64,000 bases of DNA, taken from the NCBI GenBank assembly GCA_900540385.1, contig UQFY01000002.1:73274-137273 (forward strand), given 5' to 3'. This stretch comes from an uncultured Mollicutes bacterium (GTDB taxonomy: Bacteria > Bacillota_I > Bacilli_A > RFN20 > CAG-826). Below, in pieces: positions 35,278-42,097 of the stretch. The notes under the pieces are model-generated. The model was not told the origin of the DNA and ran no database searches. It saw only the letters and a list, made by a program, of their open reading frames with translations. A program made the position numbers and the translations under genes. The stretch's first letter is position 1. Each line of letters begins with the position of its first letter.

Positions 35278-36234
35278 ATGGAAAAGATATTAATTAGTGC
35301 GTGTTTAGTTGGTGAAAATACCCGTTACGATGGAAAGAATAATTACCTTCCAATCGTTGAAAAATTAAAAGAAAAATACGAGTTGATTCCTTTTTGCCCT
35401 GAAGTAATGGGTGGATTGCTTACTCCTCGTGAGCCTTGTGAAATCCAAGGACCAGACGTTAAAACAAAAGATGGCGTCAGCAAAGTCAAAGAATATAACC
35501 TTGGCGCGAAAAAAGCCTTGGAAGCGTGCCGCCTTTTTGGCATCCGTATTGCCATTTTAGCGGAAAGTTCCCCTTCTTGTGGGGTGAGAAATATCTATGA
35601 TGGACATTTCAATCAAACCAAAATTCCAGGAAAAGGCATTACAACAAGACTTTTAGAAGAAAATGGCATTGCCTGCTATTCTTCTTTAGATGATCTCTCC
35701 TTCTTATTCACCGATCCTGAAAAGAAAGAAAAAGAATATCTCTCTTACGAAGAAAGAGACTATCAGCTTCGTCATCCAATGAAAAAGAGAAGATTCGGCG
35801 ATAGAAAGCCTCGTTTCGTAAAGAAAGACGAAGAAAAACCAGGAGAAGAGAAAGCCTCCTCTAACGAAGGCGAAAAGAAGGAATTCACCAAGAAAGAAGG
35901 ATTCCATAAAGATTTCCATAAATCTCGTTTTGGTGGAAAATCATTCTCTCGTGGCCCAAGAAAAGAAGGCTCCTTCCATCACGATCACGAAAAACGTTAT
36001 GACCATCATGATCAAAATGAAGAAGGCAAGGAAAGAAAGCCATATTTCAAGAAAAAAGATAGCTTCCATGACCATAAAGACGGAAAGAGTTTCTCCAAAA
36101 AGAGATCATTCCATAGCAATGACGAGAAACGTTCTTATGGGAAGAAGGACTTCCATAAGGGTGGTTCCTTCCATAAAGGAGGAAAATCCTTCTCCAAAGG
36201 AAGAAGCTTCCAAAAAGGCAACAAAAAGGATTAG
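35278..36234 (+). CDS. DUF523 (YbbK/TudS-like) domain protein with a ~170-aa Lys/His/Phe/Ser-rich low-complexity C-terminal extension
   Basis: Residues 1-145 read ISACLVGENTRYDGKNN...CPEVMGGL..PREPCEI...ESSPSCG (Cys pattern of DUF523). Then come degenerate repeats GGKSFSRG.../DGKSFSKKRSFH/GGKSFSKGRSFQKG. Confidence 0.8.
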   Translation: MEKILISACLVGENTRYDGKNNYLPIVEKLKEKYELIPFCPEVMGGLLTPREPCEIQGPDVKTKDGVSKVKEYNLGAKKALEACRLFGIRIAILAESSPSCGVRNIYDGHFNQTKIPGKGITTRLLEENGIACYSSLDDLSFLFTDPEKKEKEYLSYEERDYQLRHPMKKRRFGDRKPRFVKKDEEKPGEEKASSNEGEKKEFTKKEGFHKDFHKSRFGGKSFSRGPRKEGSFHHDHEKRYDHHDQNEEGKERKPYFKKKDSFHDHKDGKSFSKKRSFHSNDEKRSYGKKDFHKGGSFHKGGKSFSKGRSFQKGNKKD

Positions 36235-36241
36235 TTTAACG

Positions 36242-36268
36242 AAGGGTCCGTTATGGGCCCTTTTTTAT
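36242..36268 (+). terminator. intrinsic terminator of the DUF523 gene
   Basis: AAGGGTCC-GTTAT-GGGCCCTT followed by TTTTATT. Confidence 0.8.
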
Positions 36269-36320
36269 TAAATGGTTTTCTATTAAGGAAAACGTTGTAT
36301 TTAAAAAACCGTCATTTCTG

Positions 36321-36587
36321 GGCTCTGTGAATTCTAATGGGGATGGCAAAAATCGCCATCCCCATCGATTGTTACAGCTTTGGCGAGTTTTAGGCATGGA
36401 AAAAGCCTCCTTTGCTAGAATTCTATTGACCAATAGAAAATAGAGAGGAGGCCATCGGGATGGAGTTCCAAAGCATAACAAAAGGGCACCCTTTCGGATG
36501 CCCTTTGGCTCATCCCCATTGAGGTTACAGCTTTGGCTAGTTGTTTTATCGCCATCCCCATTCATCCCCATTAGAATTCACAGAGCC
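36321..36587. mobile_element. non-autonomous transposable element (MITE), 267 bp, 25-bp perfect TIRs, flanked by the 8-bp direct repeat CATTTCTG
   Basis: The left TIR GGCTCTGTGAATTCTAATGGGGATG (36321..36345) is the exact reverse complement of 36563..36587. CATTTCTG occurs at 36313..36320 and 36588..36595. There is no ORF large enough for a transposase. A GGCTCT... terminus plus an 8-bp duplication fits ISL3-family ends. Confidence 0.8.
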
Positions 36588-36618
36588 CATTTCTGACGGC
36601 TTTCCAAATCTTTTGCGA

Positions 36619-37860
36619 TTAATAGATACGTTTGCCACTCTCCGTATCGAAGAGATGGATTTTAGACATATCAATCAAAATCTTGATGTCATCGCCAATC
36701 TTGATTTCGTTTGTGAGAGGAATCTTAGCGACTAAGTCAATTCCACCAAAGTCCGTATGGACGTAGTATTCATGTCCTAATAGTTCAGCAACCGCAACCT
36801 TGATGTCCACTGCCTCTCCACCATATTTATGAACATGTTCTTCATCGCCTTGGTGAATATCTTCTGGACGAACGCCAAAGGTAACATCTCTTTCGTCGTT
36901 ATTACCATAGAAGGCTTCCATTCCTGCTTTGCAATTCGCTGGAAGAGTGAGAACTTGACCACTAGAAAGAGTAATTTTTCCATTTGCATAATGGGCGGTC
37001 ATTAAGTTCATGGCTGGGGAGCCAATAAAGGAAGCGACGAAAACGTTTGCCGGTTTGTTATAAATTTCAATTGGTGTGCCAATTTGTTGGACATGTCCTA
37101 ACTTCATAACGACAATGCGGGAAGCCATCGTCATAGCTTCGGTCTGATCGTGCGTAACGTAAATGGTTGTCGCGTTTAAAGATTCATGAAGTTTGATGAT
37201 TTCCGATCTCATTTGAACACGAAGTTTAGCGTCTAAGTTGGAAAGAGGCTCATCCATTAAGAAGACTTTGGCATTTCTAACAATAGCTCTTCCTAAGGCA
37301 ACACGCTGTCTTTGACCACCAGAGAGAGCCTTTGGTTTACGGTCTAAGTATTCTTCAATTTGAAGGATTTTTGCAGCATGATGGACTCTTTCGTCGATTT
37401 CTTGTTTAGGAAGACGGCGAATCTTTAATCCGAAAGCCATGTTTTCATAGACAGTCATATGAGGATATAAGGCGTAGGATTGGAAAACCATGGCGATATC
37501 TCTGTCTTTTGGAGACTTGTCGTTGGAATATTCTCCATCGATATAAAGTTCACCATTAGTAATGTCTTCAAGTCCTGCGACCATACGCAAGGTGGTAGAT
37601 TTACCACATCCAGATGGGCCAACGAAAACAATGAATTCATGTTTGGCGATATCAAGATTGAAATCAAAGACGGCTTGGACGCCATTATCATAGACTTTGT
37701 CGATATGACGAAGAGAAACATAAGCGTTTGGATCCCACTTCTCTGTCGGAATAAGCGCTTCGATTTCTTTCGCTCTCTCTTCAATTTCTTTTTTAGTGAC
37801 GGTTGTCAAAGTATTCGGCTTTGTTTCTTTTTTGTCTTTCTTTTTGAAGAAATTTTTCAT
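36619..37860 (-). CDS. sugar ABC-transporter ATP-binding protein (MsmX/MalK/UgpC type) with a Lys-rich N-terminal extension; no cognate permease adjacent
   Basis: [28 protein letters not shown], and a C-terminal TOBE/regulatory domain. Start at ATG 37860 ([14 protein letters not shown]...); the track ORF starts at an upstream TTG. Confidence 0.9.
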   Translation of the reverse strand: MKNFFKKKDKKETKPNTLTTVTKKEIEERAKEIEALIPTEKWDPNAYVSLRHIDKVYDNGVQAVFDFNLDIAKHEFIVFVGPSGCGKSTTLRMVAGLEDITNGELYIDGEYSNDKSPKDRDIAMVFQSYALYPHMTVYENMAFGLKIRRLPKQEIDERVHHAAKILQIEEYLDRKPKALSGGQRQRVALGRAIVRNAKVFLMDEPLSNLDAKLRVQMRSEIIKLHESLNATTIYVTHDQTEAMTMASRIVVMKLGHVQQIGTPIEIYNKPANVFVASFIGSPAMNLMTAHYANGKITLSSGQVLTLPANCKAGMEAFYGNNDERDVTFGVRPEDIHQGDEEHVHKYGGEAVDIKVAVAELLGHEYYVHTDFGGIDLVAKIPLTNEIKIGDDIKILIDMSKIHLFDTESGKRIY

Positions 37861-37930
37861 TTTTATCAAACCATAATTTGCTTATGGTCTCCTGTTTGAA
37901 AATATTATAAGAAAGGGCTTTCAATTTGTC

Positions 37931-37947
37931 TTGTGCAGAGTGCACAA
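37931..37947. promoter_or_regulatory. palindromic candidate operator TTGTGCA-GAG-TGCACAA overlapping the -35 of the MsmX-like gene promoter
   Basis: Perfect 7-bp arms, nested inside ATTTGT...ACAAAT. On the minus strand it abuts AAGACA-N17-TATAAT. Confidence 0.4.
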
Positions 37948-37953
37948 ATCAAC

Positions 37954-38523
37954 TTAACGTTTATTGGTGAATTGGAAATAGAGCTCTAAAAGCAAGGCGT
38001 TATGGTAAGAACGAATGTCCAAAGAAGTTTCTTCGATAAAAGAATTTAAACGGTAATTGAAGGTATTGCGATGAATAAAAAGCGTTTCGGCCGTAAGGGA
38101 GGCGTTTAATCCGCAACGGAGAAAGGTTCCCGCCGTCAAAAGAAGATCCGGTGAGACCTTCTTAAATTCATTTGCAAGTAAAGGGATTGAAGAATAATCA
38201 CCGAAAGAAAGCTCTTTTAATAACATATCCGTGAGGAAAAGACATTGATTTGGGAAATAAGAAATGGATTCTTTAAGCATCTTTTCCTCAAATTCCCCCA
38301 AACAATGGGAGACAACAATCGTAAGATTCACGCCTAAGTCATCGTGAATGTTAAAAAGAACCTGTTGAAGGGTGCTGGATAGTTTTTCATCCGCAAGGAA
38401 ATATCCTTTTTGGGGATTGAAGTAATGAAAATCCAGTTTTTCTTCGCTGACGGAAGAAATCGCTTCCTCAAAAAAAGAACGTTTCAATGGGGTATTTGCT
38501 AAAAAGAGATAATACAGGATCAT
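37954..38523 (-). CDS. PucR/CdaR-type helix-turn-helix regulator (short form)
   Basis: 189 aa. The C-terminal ...LTAETLFIHRNTFNYRLNSFIEETSLDIRSYHNALLLEL is a PucR C-terminal HTH. Its ATG overlaps the GH13 stop (ATGA). Confidence 0.7.
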   Translation of the reverse strand: MILYYLFLANTPLKRSFFEEAISSVSEEKLDFHYFNPQKGYFLADEKLSSTLQQVLFNIHDDLGVNLTIVVSHCLGEFEEKMLKESISYFPNQCLFLTDMLLKELSFGDYSSIPLLANEFKKVSPDLLLTAGTFLRCGLNASLTAETLFIHRNTFNYRLNSFIEETSLDIRSYHNALLLELYFQFTNKR

Positions 38524-40226
38524 TTGACAATTAAAAGGTAGGTTTCAAAAGGACGCAAATGGAAAACGTGGTTTTCTAAAATCACATCCCCATAATTATG
38601 AAGTTTAATGTCTAAAATATCGAAATAAAAAGAGAAATAGACTTCGTAATCTCTCATATTGGAGATAACAAGGAGTTTTAATGCTCCGTTATGAAGATAA
38701 GAAAAGACATCAGGATGATTTGGATCGATGATTTTTAATGGGGAATGAAGAATGGTTTGATTTACAAGGGCGTTTCTTCGATAAGCAATCGCATATTGAT
38801 AGAAATTCAAAATGGAATAAGGGTTCTCCATTTCTGAAAGGATGTTCACCCCTTCTTTATAATTAGGATTAAGAGGGAAATAAGGCTTTGTATCAGAGAA
38901 ACCGGCATATTCTTTATTTTCCCATTGCATGATACTTCTTGAAGAAAGGCGGGAGGAACGATTTAAATAACGAAGAATTTGTTCGTCATTAATGCCTTCT
39001 TTTCTCCAAGAAGACACTTCAGCCTTCGTTGGTTCATCCAAATAGAAATCTTCAATATGTTCAAAATGAAGGTTGGACATACCAATTTCATCACCATACT
39101 GCATAAACGGGGTGCCGTATAAGAAAAGAGAAGTAACCAAAAGCATTTTTGCGGATTCATCGCGATATTTCGTTGAGCCATATTGGTTTAGAAGGCGAGG
39201 ATTGTCGTGATTTTCCCAATAGATAGGCAAATAGGCCTCCTCATGAAGGAGGTTATACCAACGCATGAAATTTCTTTTTAAGGAAATGACATTTGTTTTA
39301 ATTTCTTCGTCCGCTTTAGCGAACGATTCGTAAGAACCGTTTTCGTTTACCGTATCGAAATTAAATAACATATCTAGAGGTCCATCGTTTTTATTCACAA
39401 GAGGAAGGGCCTCTTCAGGTTGAATGCAACCTCCAGACTCACCAATAAGAAGAAGGTCACTATCGCCTTTAACGGCATCGGAAAACTCTTTTAAGTAAGA
39501 TAAAAGTTCAGGACGATTGCTAAATTTAGAATAATCAAGAGCTACCCCGTTACTCTCAGGAAGAGAGGAATTTTCAAAAGATAAATCCTTTGCAAGATGG
39601 GAACAGGCATCCAAGCGGAAACCATCAACTCCTAAATCGCGATAAAAGCAGGCGATTTGAATCATTTCTTTTCTTACTTCTGGATTATCCCAACGAACAT
39701 CGGGTTGCTCTTTTCCAAAAATATGAAGATAAAAGGTGGAAGTGTCTCCCACTCTTTCCCAGGCACTATCTCCCAAGAAAGAGCCCCAGTTGTTTGGAGG
39801 AAGAAGTTTGCCATTTTCTTCTTTTCCTTCCAAGAAGTAATAGAATCCTCTTTCTTTTGAGGAAGAATCGGTTAACGCTTTTTGAAACCAATGGTGTTCT
39901 TTCGAAGTATGATTCAAAGGAAGATCCATAATCAAACGTATCTCTCTAGCATGGGCTTCCTTAATAAGTTCTTTTAAGTCCTCCATATTTCCAAATGCAG
40001 GGTCAATTCGATAATAATTGGAAACGTCATACCCTCCATCGTGGAAAGGAGTTTCAAAAAGAGGACAAATATAAAGAAGATTAATTCCCAATTCTTTCAG
40101 ATAGTCTAGACGTGAAATAATTCCCCTAATATCCCCATAACCGTCAGAATTGGAATCTTGGTAGGAAATAGGATAAATCATGTACCCGATTGATTTTTCC
40201 CACCAATCATTGAAATGTTTGCTCAT
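38520..40226 (-). CDS. GH13 alpha-glucosidase / oligo-1,6-glucosidase-like
   Basis: Motifs: WWEKSIGYMIYPISYQD..DGYGDIRGI..LDYLKELGINLLYICP; GFRLDA; IGE; WENHDNPR. Start proposed at ATG 40226 (MSKHFNDWWEKS). The track ORF extends to 40274, only 17 bp from the divergent gene. Confidence 0.88.
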   Translation of the reverse strand: MSKHFNDWWEKSIGYMIYPISYQDSNSDGYGDIRGIISRLDYLKELGINLLYICPLFETPFHDGGYDVSNYYRIDPAFGNMEDLKELIKEAHAREIRLIMDLPLNHTSKEHHWFQKALTDSSSKERGFYYFLEGKEENGKLLPPNNWGSFLGDSAWERVGDTSTFYLHIFGKEQPDVRWDNPEVRKEMIQIACFYRDLGVDGFRLDACSHLAKDLSFENSSLPESNGVALDYSKFSNRPELLSYLKEFSDAVKGDSDLLLIGESGGCIQPEEALPLVNKNDGPLDMLFNFDTVNENGSYESFAKADEEIKTNVISLKRNFMRWYNLLHEEAYLPIYWENHDNPRLLNQYGSTKYRDESAKMLLVTSLFLYGTPFMQYGDEIGMSNLHFEHIEDFYLDEPTKAEVSSWRKEGINDEQILRYLNRSSRLSSRSIMQWENKEYAGFSDTKPYFPLNPNYKEGVNILSEMENPYSILNFYQYAIAYRRNALVNQTILHSPLKIIDPNHPDVFSYLHNGALKLLVISNMRDYEVYFSFYFDILDIKLHNYGDVILENHVFHLRPFETYLLIVK

Positions 40227-40291
40227 AGCTTGATTATACATTGACATTCCATATATTTCATATATATCTATCATAGGTTCTTCTTAATCTT

Positions 40292-42097
40292 ATGAAAAAC
40301 TTTTTGAAACTCTCACATCATTTACTAAAAGGGATACACCCCCTCTTTTATTTTCAGGTTTTCTTACAAACTCTTGTAGGTTTCTTTTCGGTCATGCAAA
40401 CCTTTTTGATTAAGGTTCTTGTCGATACAGTCGAAGGCTTAGATAAATTAAACGAAGCAGCGGCCGTAGAAAAAGCCGTGATTTATTTAATCACTGGCGG
40501 AAGAGGAAACATCTATCTTTATGAAAACGGAAGGTATTTGCTTCCAACGGCCATCATTGTTGTTGCTGCCGCCTATGTTTTATCGATGTTTTTACGTATG
40601 TGGATGAGAGCTCTTTTCTCGGCACGTTTTAACGCTCATTGCCAAGAAGAAATCTTCTACCATATTGAAAGGCTTCCTTACGAAGAATACAAAAAGAGCA
40701 AAGAAGGCGATCTTTTACAAACGGCAACTAGGGATTTAAAGGTTTACCGCGAATTCATGTCCAATGGCATGAGCAATATCACTTGGGCTTTATGGATGGT
40801 TCTTTTCTGTTTTTCCATCTTGATGTCCATTTCTTGGAAAATGACCTTGGTCAGCGTTTCTTTATTCCCGATCCTTTTCCTTTATTCGATGTTATTAACC
40901 GGACACGTGAGGAAGCTTTATCGTTTAGCCGATGATTCCGAAGCAAAACTTACTGATAAAGCCTCGGAGAATCTTGCGTCAGTACGTATTGTCAAAGCTT
41001 TTAATAATGAGCTTTATGAGATTTCCTCTTTTGATGCAATTTTAAAAGATTATCAAGGCAAGTTCTTATCTTGGAAGAAATTCAACGCTTTCTTCTTCTC
41101 AAGTTCTGATGTTTTCATTTTTGCCTCAAAGGTATTGGCTCTTTTATGGGGCATTTATCTTGTTTATACCGGAGAAATAAATGCAGGAACCCTAGTTATT
41201 ACCCTTCTTTACGTCAATATGATGGTATGGCCTGTCCGTGATGCTGCTCAAACCTTATCGAATTTCGGTCAAATCTTTGCTTCAGCAGACCGTATTCAAA
41301 TCCTTTTAGGGAAGCCATTAGAGGATTTAGAATCTGGCGAATGTCCTGAAATTAAGGGAAATATCGAATTTAAAAACGTTTCTTTTGCATATCCTGATGG
41401 GGAAGGAGACATGATCGAAAACGTTTCTTTCTCTGTTAAAGCAGGAGAGACTGTCGCCCTTATGGGAAAAACAGGTGCAGGAAAATCCACTTTAGTTCTT
41501 CTTTTGACAAGACTCTATGATTACGATTCTGGTTCAATAAAAATCGATGGGGTCGAATTAAAGAATATTCAGAAAAGTTATCTGAGGAAAAAGGTTGTTC
41601 CTGTCTTGCAAGATCCTTTCTTATTCTCCCGTTCTATTGAGGAAAATATCAAGATCGCCTCTCCTTTATCAAGCGAGAACGAAATGAGATTTGCCTCGAA
41701 GAACGCTGATATCGACCACACCATTCTTTCTTTTAAAGATGGTTATCAAACAATGGTCGGAGAAAAAGGCGTTACGCTTTCTGGCGGGCAGAAACAAAGG
41801 GTTGCTATCGCTAGAACTTTATTAACAAAAGCCCCTATTTTGATTTTCGACGATTCTTTAAGTGCTGTAGACACCAAAACAGACTTGGAAATCCGTCAAA
41901 GATTAAAAGAAAACGTCAAAGATTCCACCACGTTCCTTATCACTCACCGCATTGCTTCAGCGAAAAGTGCAGACAAAATCATTGTTTTGGATGAAGGTAG
42001 AATCGAAGAGATGGGGACGCATGAAGAATTAATGAAGAAAGCGGGTCTTTATCAAAGACTGGCTGAAATTCAAGAAAGAATGGAGGTTTCAAAATGA
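40292..42097 (+). CDS. ABC exporter half-transporter (TMD-NBD), degenerate-site subunit
   Basis: 601 aa with six TM helices plus an NBD. Walker A GKTGAGKST; signature LSGGQKQR; Walker B ILIFDDS, with Asp in place of the catalytic Glu. Confidence 0.9.
   Translation: MKNFLKLSHHLLKGIHPLFYFQVFLQTLVGFFSVMQTFLIKVLVDTVEGLDKLNEAAAVEKAVIYLITGGRGNIYLYENGRYLLPTAIIVVAAAYVLSMFLRMWMRALFSARFNAHCQEEIFYHIERLPYEEYKKSKEGDLLQTATRDLKVYREFMSNGMSNITWALWMVLFCFSILMSISWKMTLVSVSLFPILFLYSMLLTGHVRKLYRLADDSEAKLTDKASENLASVRIVKAFNNELYEISSFDAILKDYQGKFLSWKKFNAFFFSSSDVFIFASKVLALLWGIYLVYTGEINAGTLVITLLYVNMMVWPVRDAAQTLSNFGQIFASADRIQILLGKPLEDLESGECPEIKGNIEFKNVSFAYPDGEGDMIENVSFSVKAGETVALMGKTGAGKSTLVLLLTRLYDYDSGSIKIDGVELKNIQKSYLRKKVVPVLQDPFLFSRSIEENIKIASPLSSENEMRFASKNADIDHTILSFKDGYQTMVGEKGVTLSGGQKQRVAIARTLLTKAPILIFDDSLSAVDTKTDLEIRQRLKENVKDSTTFLITHRIASAKSADKIIVLDEGRIEEMGTHEELMKKAGLYQRLAEIQERMEVSK

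Noticed and set aside
35262-35289. dif-like sequence ACTTCCTAGACGTATGGAAAAGATATTA. Its first 10 nt are identical to the XerC arm of B. subtilis dif (ACTTCCTAGAA).
   Set aside because: The second arm matches the dif XerD arm (TTATGTAAACT) at only ~3 of 11 positions. The sequence also spans the start codon of the DUF523 gene. I treat it as a chance half-site.
35700-36234. Repetitive DNA in the 3' half of the DUF523 gene, considered as a possible tandem repeat or CRISPR-like array.
   Set aside because: The repeats are degenerate, have irregular period and are in frame. They encode the Lys/His/Phe-rich tail. There is no repeat-spacer organisation.
36309-36600. Possibility that the structured 290-nt region is a known housekeeping RNA (RNase P, SRP/4.5S, 6S, tmRNA, group II intron domain).
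   Set aside because: None of the signature sequences I know are present (for example the RNase P GAGGAAAGUCC, the SRP domain IV GGAA loop context, a tmRNA tag ORF with CCA end, group II domain V). The perfect TIRs plus the 8-bp duplication are better explained by a MITE.
36251-36735. 106-aa (minus) and 64-aa (plus) ORFs in the DUF523 / ATPase intergenic region. Both contain SPLEFTEP.
   Set aside because: The shared peptide is an artefact of translating the two arms of the MITE inverted repeat. There is no SD, and the plus ORF runs antisense into the ATPase gene.
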